64,000 bases of DNA from Octopus vulgaris (GCA_951406725.2 OX597836.1:47864001-47928000); one strand, 5' to 3'. Counted from the first letter of the stretch, positions 53,455-63,651 are shown. Notes: generated by a model not told the origin, from the letters alone. Translations and numbers: made by a program.

Positions 53455-56400
53455 CGACAGGCTTCTTTCAGTTTCCGCCTACCAAATCCACTCACAAGGT
53501 ATTGGTCGGCCCGGGGCTATACCAGAAGACACTTGCCCAAGATGCCACGCAGTGGGACTGAACCTGGAACCATGTGGTTGGTTAGCAAGCTACTTACCAC
53601 ACAGCCACTCCATCCAGCTTCTGAGTTGTTTATTCTCAGTTTTGGCTGTGAAGGTTTTGCTATTTGTTGCTCTTCTCTCTCATCAATCAATATAATGGTA
53701 TTGACAAAATATCTATTATATTGACAGTCAGGTGGCGAGCTGGCAGAAACGTTAGCACGCCGGGCGAAATGCGTAGCCGTATTTCCTCTGCCGTTACGTT
53801 CTGAGTTCAAATTCCGCCGAGGTCGACTTTGCCTTTCATCCTTTCGGGGTCGATAAGTTAAGTTTAGCCCCTTGTGGGTAGTAAAGAAATATATATTGAG
53901 AAATTTACTTTCTACTTTCTTGGGCTTTTAGATGCTTAGGATTCTCATAGAGTATGTCTATATATATATTGGGCAATGTTGCACAAGAGTTGTCCATTTT
54001 CACAAACATCTCTCTTTCCGTATTATTTTTATGAGGTTTATGAATTTTAATTATGGATTTTTCCAAACATTTGACAGTTAAGCATGCCTTAAAAAAAAAA
54101 AACTAAGGTTGCTGCAAATGTGTTTAAATAATTACATGACTCTGGAAATGTGGGCTTTGAAATGACTGTGATGAACAACATCCACCCTACTGTTTTATAT
54201 ATATTTCTGTACAATGACATAGGAACTATAGTCTTTTTATTGAATGAAAATCAGTCTGTATTGCTTTGGGTAGTTTTGGAAACCTGGCATTTCTGGGGGG
54301 ACAGTATACCAGTGGACAGTTAAAGCCCAGTTTTTCCTCGTTTTCATGGCTTTTACTAACAGGATGAAGTTTCCCTTCATTAGGAGGTTAATCTATTGGA
54401 AATAGCATTCTTTGATGTTAGCTTATGTGGATTAAAACAGGTAGAATTAAACTGAAATACACGTAATGTTTTATTACATAAAATACTGTCTTTAGACTTG
54501 CACTCCAAACCCACGAATATATCCACTTGACTAGTTCTCTTCTGCTTGGTTTTCTTGATGTTAATACATAAAAGGCTTGATGATTAGTAGAAAACATACT
54601 CCAAGTAGTTGTTAGAGTTAACAATTTAGTCACAATTTCAATAAAATGATTATCTTTAATATTATGTAACTTTTTATCAATATTCTTGTATCCTGTTTGA
54701 CTTATACTTGGACTACAATTTGAATTGTATAGGGAGAGAGAATATATCTCTTTTTATATTATTTTTTTAAAAAGCTGCAGATACAATGTTGTGAAATTAA
54801 GCTGTTGACAAACTGTGTTTTCCATTTATGGCTGGATGTAACTATTTCATTTCACTAATTTTGCTAATGTCCCTGTGAAAATTTGCAAATTAGTATTTAA
54901 AGAAAGTTCCTTGTAAGATTTTGTTTAATTTCTGGTTGTAAGCATTTCAGTTTACCTTGGACAGAATGCATTTTGGCTTTTATTCATATAACTGCAAGTG
55001 CTGTCAAATCATTCCTTGTTATCTGTTGAAGAAATTATTATAATAAATATTTTGAATCGGATTCAACAAACCCGAATTTTAACAGAAAGGCAAATGTCTT
55101 TCTCGAGGAAATTCTGAAAGCCAACACCTATTTGTGGACTTCATTTGCCAGAAGCTTACCTTTTGCTCTACAATTTTCACCACAATATTCCATGACAAAA
55201 TTAATTATTTTTTTCTTATTGGAATAATTCTTTCTTTATTTTTTAGTTATGATCATTGCTGTGCTTTCTACCAAGACGCTGGCTTATGTTACCCTGACCT
55301 TTATGGACGTCGTTCTGTTATGTGGCATAATGCTTGTATCTGGGTAAGTCATTTCTCTTCATCATTAATACATGGCAATGCTGTGGTGCAGTTTTAGTCA
55401 CGTCAAATGTTGTTAGGTATGTCAATTGTTTGTCAAAACAAATGTGTGTGATACTGAATCAGTTTTATATGTGTAATCTACAGGCTTTCAGCATTTGTAA
55501 TTTTGATGTTGTCTGCTGTTAATGAATACAAGATGGTCATGGGGCCCACATAGCCTCACCCTTGCTTTAACCCTTTCATTCCCATATTTCTGTCAAAATA
55601 CACTGCCTTTCTTTCAATTAATTTTGAAAATAATGAAAAAATTAAAATAACTCTGACATTATTCAGCTGGGTCTTGGAACATAAATTAACATGAAATTTT
55701 AATTTAGATGACTTTAAAATGGGAGTTTTGTTTCATGGGACCAAGGATAGTTTCAGGCGGGTTGGTATCTAAAGGGTTAAATGGAAAAATTGTCTCAAAA
55801 TGCTTTTATATTGATGAATAATGTACATGGTCATTTATTTTACCAACTTTTCTTAATCATTTAGCTGCAATATAGCAAGAATATAGGATATTATGAATAT
55901 AATCTAAAAAAAAAAAATGTAATTTCCAAGAGAAATCATATTTGTATGAATAGTAAATAAACTGTTCACTTTGCAGTCTTTCCATTTTTGAGGTGGGCAT
56001 TTTTCTCACTGTCTCCTCTACTCACATGGAGATTATACTACTCCACACTGCTCCCTTTCAAAATGCTGTCACTTCTCACCAGATCTGACAATCTTTCCTT
56101 AAAGGTGACTTTAAACATCAAATAGAAAAATGTGCTCTGAGGTTTTAGTGGAAGATAATCAGAATAAAGTTGTATAATTAATGCATATCTTGTTCTACTA
56201 ATTGTAATAGAATTGTAAATAACAAGTTACTCAAACATTAATGAAATTTTCTTTTTTAAACATAAAACTATATTTAAGATAGTTCCTTGAATACTCCTTC
56301 TGGAACACCAGTGTACTATACAGCATACTGTTTTAGAACCCCTGATCTGAAGAGATAAACTTTTAATTTGTTGTTGACCAACTAAGAAATGTATAAGGTT

Positions 56401-56887
56401 TATATACTAATGTGGTGGCTGTCGTTTAGTTTTTTTCTTTGTTAGTTGTCAATGGTTTATATAATATTTACTTTGTATTTCACAGGATGTAAGTCATTCA
56501 AGTTGGTTAAATGTGGCTGTAACCTGTGATAGCACTGGTACACTTATGATGTTTAAGTGTATGAATTTATGGAAAGGCAATAAATCGAAGAAGTTAATGT
56601 ACCGCAGACATGTAAGTAACTCCTTTTACTTTGCATTGCAGATAGAATTATTATTATTATTATTATTATAATTAATATTATTGTTAGAAGGTGGGAAGCT
56701 GTTGGAATTGTTTGTAAACCTGACAAAATGCTTGATAGCATTTCACCCGTCTTTACATTTGGAGTTCAGATTCCTCCATGCTTGATTTTGCCCTTCATCC
56801 TTTCAGGGTCAATTTAATACCATACCAGTGTAATTGACTAACTCCCCTGCCCCAAAATTTCAGGCCTTGTGCCTATAATAGAAAGGC

Positions 56888-56924
<37 letters not shown>

Positions 56925-59900
56925 TGATGTGGTGGATTGGTAGAATTGTTGGACTGTCAGAAAAATTCCTTGCAGTTCTAAACTACACACTTGTGTCAAC
57001 TTTGCTTGTCATCCCTCCACTGGCAATAAAATAAAGTACCAATCAAGTACTGAGTTTGATAATTTCAATTGGACTCACCCCTCAAAATTGCCGGCCTTGT
57101 TCCTAAATTAGAAGCTGTGGAAATAAATCACTTTTGAAACCATGTAGTTTTGGGTTCAGTTTCACTGCCCAGCAACATGAGCAAAGGTCTTCTAATGCTC
57201 TAGATGGAAACTGTACTGAAGCCCCATCATGCTTTTGTGTCTGTCTCTCTCTGTGACTTGTCTTTATGTGACACTTTTTGATAACTGGTGTTTGTTTGCA
57301 TCCTTGAAGTTAGATCAGCAAAACAGAAGCCAGTAGTACAACTATTGTACTGGGGTTGATTTGTCTGAGTAAAACATGATGTGAAGGCAGTGCACCAGTA
57401 TGGCCACAGTCCAACAATTGAAACTAGTAAAAGAGAATGACTTTTTTCTTCTCATTTGTTTAAACTCACCCTTCACAGTCAAGTTGAATAAACGATAGCT
57501 TTATTCAACTTTATCTGGAATATTCTTAGATGGTATCTTGAAATGAGCTCTCATTATAATGATCAACAGCTAAACATTTTTCTCATGTGTTTTCTCAACA
57601 TCTCTTTTTGTTCTTTTTAGCTGTTGTTTGAAACAGAAGTAATTCCCTCCATCTTTCGGGATTCAAATAAAGACTCAGATTCATTTAGTTTTATCTTGGA
57701 ACCAAGGACGTATGATGAAGTCTTACCCCGATGTAGTCTGGTTTACAAAGATAAGAAAATGGTGAGTGCTTTCTTTTCTATTCATCTTACATTTTCTTCA
57801 GTCAAGTTTTTGTTTATTCTGTCATCCATTCAGGTTGTGCTGTGATGTAGGAATATAAATCCCGAGATTGTTTGTCCTTTTCTTGGCATCTGAATATTTA
57901 CTTATTCAGTATTTCAGTGATTTGTCAACTAAAGTAATTAATGCAGCCAAGGTGTGTGAAAGGATAATTAAGCTGAGACTAGTTTTAGAAAACTCAACAG
58001 CAACATCCATTTCCACATATTATGTCCTACAGCCAGAAGGACTGTTTCTATGACACCCTTCTGCAGACTACATCAGTGCCAATTGACAGCTGCTTCATTA
58101 TCATGACTGGCTGGCTGGCCGTTTGTCAGCAGCACAATGACTTCCTTGGGATCTATGGAGGCTGTGGATATGAGATATCATCATCATCATCATCATCATT
58201 TAGCATCCGTTTTCCATGCTAGCATGGGTTGGACGGTTCAACTGGGGTCTGTGAAGCCAGAAGGCTGCATCAGGCCCAGTCTGATCTGGCAGTGTTTCTA
58301 CGGCTGGATGCCCTTCCTAACGCCAAATGAGAAAGATATAAATCATCCTGTAACTGCTCTAACAATTTGACAGGAAACCAGTCAACCACCTCATCGCCTA
58401 CCATTCAGGTGGAACACAAGTCAAATAGATTTCATTTTCACAATGAAATCAGATAGACGGGGGACTCGTCATACTCTCTTTTGCTCTTTTACTTATTTCA
58501 GTCATTTGACTGCGGCCATGCTGGAGCACCGCCTTTAGTCGAGCAAATCGATCCCAGGACTTATTCTTTGTAAGCCCAGTACTTATTCTATCGGTCTCTT
58601 TTGCCGAACCGCTAAGTAATGGGGACGTAACACACCAGCATCGGTTGTCAAGCAATGCTGAGGGGACAAACACAGACACACAAACACACACACATATATA
58701 TATATATATACATATATACGACGGGCTTCTTTCAGTTTCCGTCTACCAAATCCACTCACAAGGCTTTGGTCGGCCCGAGGCTATAGTAGAAGACACTTGC
58801 CCAAGGTGCCACGCAGTGGGACTGAACCCAGAACAATGTGGTTGGTAAACAAGCTACTTACCACACAGCCACTCCTGCGTCATCATCATCATTTAATGTC
58901 CACCTTTCCGTGCTTGCATGGATCCAATGGAATTTTATGAGATTTTCTATGGCTGGATCCCTTCCTGTTGCTTGTTTCTAAGCAAAGGAATATTTCCCTC
59001 CACAATCAAACATGTTTTTCACAGAAAACTGGAACTAAACAAATATCAATTGTATGATGTTTGTTTACAGTTATTATGTGATGTCAAAATAGGAACACAC
59101 ACACACATGCACACATTCTCTAAAATATTAAATCTCTACATGTAAAAGTCACACTTAATCTCTTACGTAGAAGAACTCTCTTGAGACACATTTTTAAGGA
59201 TGGCAATAAGGAGGTCATCTGACCATAAAACGGTGCCTCACCTGAGTCCCTGTCCAACTATTGCTTGCAGGGGAAAATGTCAAATAAATGAATATCAGAA
59301 CATGTTAGAACTAAACAACTGCTCAAAAACATCAGAATAACTAAAAATTCTTTTCTTGGCTGGCATCGCATTGTGTGCCAATTCCTTCTTTGTAATCTCA
59401 ATGAACTTAAACAACCAAATGTCAAACAGTCCATCTGACCATTCCCTGATATAGCCTTCTTCCTGGCATTTATAAACAAAAGTGGGTAACAAACGAAATG
59501 AAATCTATGTCTAAACCCTATGGGCCAGAGTTCAGTCTTGGCATCCAGACATGGCTGAAACGTAAAATATCTCTTACATGACTTCTGTCTGACATTCCTA
59601 AATATTCAGCTGGCCACCTGTATAACGTTAATTTATCTATCAACTTTTACCAAAAACAAAATCCTGCAGATGTTAATTAAATCGTTATCCCATCTAGCTC
59701 TGTGGGATATTGTTTTTGGAGAGAGGTGAAAACATTTAGTTTTTAATGTTCTGCTCCAGAACTTTATACATTTTCTGTTTATATCTATTACAGGATGTTA
59801 TTAAGCCTGATGCAAAGTTTGGTTCTGGTAAACATCTTCCGCGAGAAAAAATTGGAGCCTACCCTATTGCAGCCTTATATAAGGTTGGTTTAATTTGAAT

Positions 59901-62900
59901 GTTCAGATAATTTTTGTTGCAATTGTTAATGAGTATACATTGCTCTTATAGAAGAAGTATTTTAGCTTTTTCTCTTTATTTTAATATAGCATTGCTTTCT
60001 TCACTTTTGAGTACTTCCATATCTCTTAATCTTATATCTATGCTATGAATTCCAGTCAAATATCCCACGTGCATTGTAGGATATTGCCCTGTTGTGAAAG
60101 AAATGCTGCAACTGTCAAATTTTCTCAAGTCTCTTATAAAATCTCTTTGGTTTCTGAATGTTTTTTCACAGTGTGTACACACACACATTTATATCGGATG
60201 GAAGACAGACATTGAACGATGATGATGGTGATATATATTATCGCAATGACAATTATATTTCGTCATCATTTAACTCACACTTTTCCATGCTTGCATGGGC
60301 CAGATGGGGGGTTTGTTGAAGCAGATTTTCTAAGGCTGGATGCCCTTTTTGTCACCTACGCTCTCATCTCTTTCCAAGCAAGGTAATATTTCATCATTGG
60401 CGGGCATTTCTTTCATAGAAGACTGAACATGAACAGCATCACTTATGGGGCAGTGATGCTTGTTTAAACCATGCAATGTCAAAACAAGGACACGGATGGG
60501 GACACACACATGATGGATTTCTTTCGGTTTCTGTGTTAAATCTCTCAGGCTTTTGTTAACCCAGAGCTTAAAGTAAGAGATACTTGCCCAAAATATTGTG
60601 CTACAGGACTGAACCTGAGACCACAAGATTGGGAAGCAGGCTTCTTAACCACACAACCATGTCTATCTATTTCTCTAGTTACACACACACGCGTGTGTGT
60701 GTGTGTGTGAATGTAAAAGCAAATCATGGTGGCCATTTTTCCCTTCTGGCATGCATTGGATGTCTTGAGACAATATTTCACAACCAGATGCCCTTCTTCA
60801 TATTGACCCTTGTTTTCAAAAGTAAGGCATTTTATTACATGGTTTCGTGTGTGAAAGCACCAAGCTGTAGTGACATTATTATTCATGTGGGACATAAACA
60901 TCATCACAGTTGCAAAGTTATGTCATTGGGAAGATGCAATGAGTCTAACACACACACACACACACACATTCATAAGCATAAAAGAAAGAGTTCAAATTCA
61001 TTTCCAACCGCATGGCATGAAGGGCAAGTGTCTCTCCCCCTATAGCCTTCTGCTAGTCAATGGTTTGTTGTTGAATTGGTTGGTACAAACTATAAGAAGC
61101 TCGTGTGTGTGTGTTCCTATTTCTGTTTTGACAGCATTTAGCAGCTGTATGTATCAGTGTTAACACAAAAGCAATGTCATTGCTTACATCTGCTACAAAA
61201 ATCTGTCTGGCTGTCAAATGGTTTGTCTTTCAAAGGGCCGAGGGAGAATAGTTGGTGGCAGGAAGAGCATCTAACTGTAGAAAAACTACCTCAATGAGTC
61301 TCACCTAAGCAGAGAAAAAGTGGACCTTTAAATGTTGGAGGTGGTCATGGTTTTATATATTCATTGGACTCTGTACAGATTCTGCCAACCAGTTTTCACT
61401 GACAAGGCATTGGTCAGCAGCTGTGTGGTTAAGAAGTTCAGTTCCCAACTATGTTGTTTTGAGTTCATTCCCATTGCATTGTACCTTGGGGTAAATGTTT
61501 TCTAACATCTTGTGAAGGAATTCAGTAGATGGAAATATTAAAAAAAACAAAAAAATGTGTGTGTATTTGTGTGTCTGTGTGAATGATTACAAATTTGCAA
61601 TGAGCTGGGTTACAAGTGGTAGCATCAGTTTTTCGTTTTGGCTGCAAACAGTGATATTTGCTAACATTTCCTGTCAACAAATCATCTGTGAGTTCTATGC
61701 TTCCAAACTCCTGGATTTAAAATGTCTTTACTTGTAAAACAAGTAAGGGTTGGTAACAGAAAAAACCTCTAGTCAAGTGGTGGTCTGTTGTTGGACAGGT
61801 CCTGTGCATATGAACCTTCCCCAGCACTCTCTGTACAACCTGGAAGGGCCCATACTCTCTCCTGTCCCTGTTAAATAGATTAATGGAGCTTTAGCCACCA
61901 TGACTAGACCTGGGATAAATACTGGAATGGTTTCCCATTACTTTCTCCAGGCAGGTAAAATTTGAACTCAGAATTGGCATTTCTGCCAATTCGCCAACAA
62001 TTCTGTGACTCTGCCACCCACAGAACCACATGAAATAAAGTGTTTTGCTCAAGACCACAATGCACCACTCAGTCCAGGAATGAAACTGACAATCTAGGGA
62101 CCGTGAGTGGGACACCCTAACCACTTGGTCATGCACGTTCACAGAAAGAGCATTCAGCCATAAAAACCCTGCCACAAGTAACCCCCCCCCCTCGTCTAAA
62201 CACTTCCTGGCATAGAAAAATAATCCTTTCCACTGGAAGCACAAGGCCTGACATTTTTGGGGTGGGGGGGGGGGGGCAGTCAGATCAACCCCAGTATGCA
62301 ACTGGTACTTAATTTATCGACCCCCAAAAGGATGAAAGGCAAAGTTGACCTTGAGGGAAAATTGAACTCTGAATGTTGCAGCAGACGAAATACTGCCAAG
62401 CATTTTACCTGGTGTGCTAATGATTGTGCCAGTTCACCGCCTTCCTGGCATAGAAAAAAAGAATCATGTTAAATGAGAACTTGTGTGATTAGATTCTGAG
62501 AATTAGTGCAATTTCCATTTACCAGATTTAACTCACCTGGCATTAGTGAAACGTTAGCGCGCCGGGCGAAATGCTTAGCAGTATTTCATCTGTCGTTACG
62601 TTCTGAGTTCAAATTCCGCCGAGGTCGACTTTGCCTTTCATCCTTTCGGGGGTCGATAAATAAAGTACCAGTTTCACACTGGGGTCGATGTAATCGACTT
62701 AATCCGTTTGTCTGTCCTTGTTTGTCCTCTCTGTGTTTAGCCCCTTGTGGGTAGTAAAGAAATAGGTATTTTGTCTGTCATTACATTCTGTGTTCAAATT
62801 CCGCCGAGGTCGACTTTGCCTTTCATCCTTTCGGGGTCGATAAATTAAGTACCAGTTACGCACTGGGGTCGATGTAATCGACTTAATATCTTTGTCTGTC

Positions 62901-63167
62901 CTTGTTTGTCCCCTCTATGTTTAACCCCTTGTGGGTAGTAAAGAAAATATATATATATATGTGTACACACACAAACACACACACACACACACACACACAC
63001 ATTAATATTTGACTTTTGTTGTTTTGCAGGTGAACTTCAATCCAAATTTTGGCAGCTGTTCCTGGTTGTTGTCTGCTGGACAGGCAGGTTTAGTTCGTCT
63101 TCATAATCTCTCTGGTCTCTTTAGTGTGCAACAACGTCGACTGTGGACACTTCATGTAAATCGATGA
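22959..63167 (+). CDS. GTF3C2: Multi-exon gene (18 coding exons traced): general transcription factor IIIC subunit 2 (TFIIIC110, WD40) with N-terminal ZNF512-like zinc fingers; 5' end unresolved
   Basis: Exons joined by GT-AG introns with matching phases (0,0,0,2,1,2,1,2,0,2,1,1,2,0,0,0,0) give one stop-free frame of 1348 aa from 22960. It carries the GTF3C2 motifs FFTGGPVW..WCP, RLGLLAAACSDG and VNFNPN..WLLSAGQAGLVRLH. Confidence 0.9.
25246..25329 (+). CDS. GTF3C2: Exon B: C2H2 zinc finger (NLKCPRCEATLVSAPSLKYHLMSIHQAL)
   Basis: ttttcag| and |gtaagc; 84 nt, phase 0-0; C-x2-C-x12-H-x4-H. Confidence 0.85.
26644..26872. mobile_element. piggyBac-type MITE (family 2)
   Basis: TTAA|cccttt…aaaggg|TTAA; paralogue at 55567. 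Confidence 0.75.
27528..27953. mobile_element. Tigger/pogo-type MITE
   Basis: TIRs caggtcgtcgtcaacttacaac and gtcgtaagttgacgatgacttg; TA at the left flank. Confidence 0.7.
29385..29745 (+). mobile_element. tRNA-derived SINE (family A)
   Basis: Head ggcgtggttgtgtggtaagaagc…ggttcagttcc; shared body; A-rich tail. Confidence 0.85.
30060..32700 (-). mobile_element. Highly degenerate LINE (CR1/L2-like) relic
   Basis: Fragmentary RT-like peptides on the minus strand (e.g. QQDLAKL); many stops; boundaries approximate. Confidence 0.3.
34040..34260 (-). mobile_element. RTE LINE ORF C-terminal fragment
   Basis: VDGTCERGRTRKMWEEEVKANLRML. Confidence 0.65.
36400..37200 (-). mobile_element. Degenerate RTE RT fragment
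   Basis: Minus strand: FITVLQAITE…WDLQYADN-type RT motifs with stops. Confidence 0.55.
38617..38766 (+). CDS. GTF3C2: Exon C: C2HC zinc finger (LKNIMKKLGKLNCPQCGKEVRNFQYYQFHIEWCGRE)
   Basis: tttcag| and |gtaggt; 150 nt, phase 0-0; C-x2-C-x12-H-x3-C. Confidence 0.85.
39203..39459. mobile_element. Foldback element: 77-bp inverted arms around a tRNA-like cassette
   Basis: 39203-39279 and 39383-39459 are reverse complements; the centre has A-box-like tagtgtaatga and B-box-like ggtttgatgtcc. Confidence 0.65.
39461..40503 (+). mobile_element. Non-autonomous Helentron-like (HINE/DINE-type) element carrying a Gypsy integrase fragment
   Basis: 5' ttattacctctgcc…aaggtggggg hairpin and (GTTT)n; 3' ccttgacggaagg…gctctccgagtgc; internal peptide KPLLTALYAGPF…DKFFTIDLNG.KD…DRLK. 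Confidence 0.6.
40600..41830 (-). mobile_element. Degenerate CR1/L2-like LINE RT fragment
   Basis: LLDVTSNNICSFVDDI resembles the RT YADD motif. Confidence 0.5.
41947..42116 (+). CDS. GTF3C2: Exon D: C2H2-like finger and basic motif (DEVVVCPICNKKQRLMYMASHTNLHKRKE...RKRKAAQK)
   Basis: ttatag| and |gtgagt; 170 nt, phase 0-2; open frame not in the ORF track. Confidence 0.85.
42290..42510 (-). mobile_element. tRNA-derived SINE (family B)
   Basis: Reverse complement of gagttcaaat…gtcaactttacc…atccttcc. Confidence 0.7.
42975..43780 (+). mobile_element. RTE LINE 3' end: ORF C-terminus, 3'UTR with tandem units and (GAT)n tail
   Basis: ERRLCW*GHVLQMDEESCVKKC…GRPRKTWDEVVK; UTR ends gacactaaac-gatgaagatgatgat. 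Confidence 0.85.
44297..44560 (+). mobile_element. RTE 3'UTR-derived short copy
   Basis: Shares gtggcacgtaaaaagcacc units and the ggaagggcatccag…(GAT)n tail. Confidence 0.8.
44913..45082 (+). CDS. GTF3C2: Exon E: linker (AIGSLHVMSQELF...DDFDDRR)
   Basis: tttatccag| and |gtaagt; 170 nt, phase 2-1. Confidence 0.8.
45328..45511 (+). CDS. GTF3C2: Exon F: linker and start of the GTF3C2-conserved region (…LLPAFDEFLPTRDMFYHLQS)
   Basis: tttgtag| and |gtaagt; 184 nt, phase 1-2. Confidence 0.85.
45649..45877. mobile_element. piggyBac-type MITE (family 1)
   Basis: TTAACCCTTTAG left end; paralogous to 16470-16694. Confidence 0.7.
46070..46338 (-). mobile_element. RTE 3'UTR-derived short copy
   Basis: Reverse complement of the 44297 and 50357 copies. 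Confidence 0.82.
46621..46733 (+). CDS. GTF3C2: Exon G (EIDTCLPITRKSIDFAV…LGLFGS)
   Basis: ttctag| and |gtaagt; 113 nt, phase 2-1. Confidence 0.85.
48986..49187 (+). CDS. GTF3C2: Exon H: WD40 start (DSINFFTGGPVWCAVWCPIP…QYVAVY…IQIWNCG)
   Basis: ttgtag| and |gtaata; 202 nt, phase 1-2; hallmark TFIIIC110/Tfc6 motif GGPVW..WCP. Confidence 0.92.
49246..49508. mobile_element. piggyBac-type MITE (family 1) with a small RTE-tail insertion
   Basis: ttaaccactttagca…tgctaaaaggttga; inserted gctagcgcggaaaatggacgttaaacggtgatgatgat. Confidence 0.65.
50102..50216 (+). CDS. GTF3C2: Exon I: WD40 (PHLAYGIVHDFGCVFSMSWCPFGAW)
   Basis: tttcag| and |gtaagt; 115 nt, phase 2-0. Confidence 0.9.
50357..50645 (+). 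mobile_element. RTE 3'UTR-derived short copy
   Basis: Three tandem units plus (GAT)n tail. Confidence 0.82.
50801..50868 (+). CDS. GTF3C2: Exon J: WD40 (EGSLRRLGLLAAACSDGSVRIFS)
   Basis: ttttcag| and |gtaagt; 68 nt, phase 0-2; conserved RLGLLAxACSDG. Confidence 0.92.
50988..51094 (+). CDS. GTF3C2: Exon K (VPYASDLL…FRVKPSISL)
   Basis: tttctag| and |gtgagc; 107 nt, phase 2-1. Confidence 0.85.
51760..52000 (-). mobile_element. Helitron PIF1-helicase C-terminal fragment
   Basis: IIPRTLPIPTDTTFQFRRL resembles the RepHel motif IPRIPLIP.D.PF.FKRLQFP. Confidence 0.5.
52268..52348 (+). CDS. GTF3C2: Exon L: WD40 (CLCVDWQHGEERRYVVAGYADG)
   Basis: ttgcag| and |gtatgt; 81 nt, phase 1-1. Confidence 0.88.
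52488..52797 (+). CDS. GTF3C2: Exon M: WD40 (ATRIWDLKTQSPLL…LYPIRCFKSH…FVTCGADRDVKFW)
   Basis: gactcag| and |gtatgt; 310 nt, phase 1-2. Confidence 0.92.
53200..53612 (-). mobile_element. tRNA-derived SINE (family A), young full-length copy
   Basis: Nearly identical to 13005-13404. Confidence 0.88.
53729..53892 (+). mobile_element. tRNA-derived SINE (family B, Nin/Deu-like core)
   Basis: ggcgagctggcagaa…gagttcaaattccgccgaggtcgactttgcctttcatcctttcggggtcgataa. Confidence 0.8.
55247..55343 (+). CDS. GTF3C2: Exon N (YDHCCAFYQDAG…HNACIW)
   Basis: tttttag| and |gtaagt; 97 nt, phase 2-0. Confidence 0.88.
55567..55780. mobile_element. piggyBac-type MITE (family 2)
   Basis: TTAA|cccttt…aaaggg|TTAA. 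Confidence 0.72.
56486..56611 (+). CDS. GTF3C2: Exon O (DVSHSSWLNVAVTCDSTGTL…RRH)
   Basis: ttcacag| and |gtaagt; 126 nt, phase 0-0. Confidence 0.88.
57621..57761 (+). CDS. GTF3C2: Exon P (LLFETEV…EPRTYDEV…LVYKDKKM)
   Basis: tttttag| and |gtgagt; 141 nt, phase 0-0. Confidence 0.85.
58177..58328 (-). mobile_element. RTE 3' tail fragment
   Basis: (CAT)n followed by ccgttttccatgctagcatgggttggacgg…ggatgcccttcc. Confidence 0.78.
58473..58880 (-). mobile_element. tRNA-derived SINE (family A), young copy
   Basis: Paralogous to the 13005 and 53200 copies. Confidence 0.88.
59794..59883 (+). CDS. GTF3C2: Exon Q (DVIKPD…REKIGAYPIAALYK)
   Basis: ttacag| and |gttggt; 90 nt, phase 0-0. Confidence 0.85.
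62545..62947 (+). mobile_element. Family B SINE with a tandemly duplicated ~185-bp body
   Basis: 62581-62765 is repeated at 62766-62947. Confidence 0.82.
63030..63167 (+). CDS. GTF3C2: Terminal exon R (VNFNPNFGSCSWLLSAGQAGLVRLHNLSGL…NR*)
   Basis: tttgcag| acceptor; TGA at 63165-63167; matches the GTF3C2 C-terminal motif F.PN…WL.S.GQ.GLVR.H. Confidence 0.92.
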   Translation: MNFNPNFGSCSWLLSAGQAGLVRLHNLSGLFSVQQRRLWTLHVNR

Positions 63168-63589
63168 GAATTTCACTTGCTCAGCCTGTTGTTGCAGAGC
63201 TGGTGTCAGTGGTGCTGGTACTTCTTTTTTTTCCAAAGACGACCATTCAGAAGGTACTCCAGTGCACTACAAACTGTATATTTGTTAATCATCTCAGCTG
63301 TGTGTCACATGGACTTCCTATAGGGAATCACAGAACCATTTTACGAAGCACACATATTTCGGTCTCAAAATATTTGCGACCTCTTTGATGTATGATCAGT
63401 TAAACACTGAGACAGCATCTATTTGCAGTATCATTTCAGATATTGAAATTATAATATTTTTTATGATACCATACTTGGTACCTGCATCATAGGAGATTCT
63501 ATATAATAGACACATTATACTTGCAGGACAACCACAAATGTATTCCTTGCTAATTCCATTTCTCAACTGGATTTCAGTGTATTTTTTAT

Positions 63590-63619
63590 TTATTTATTTA
63601 TTAATTATCATTATTATTA

Positions 63620-63651
<32 letters not shown>

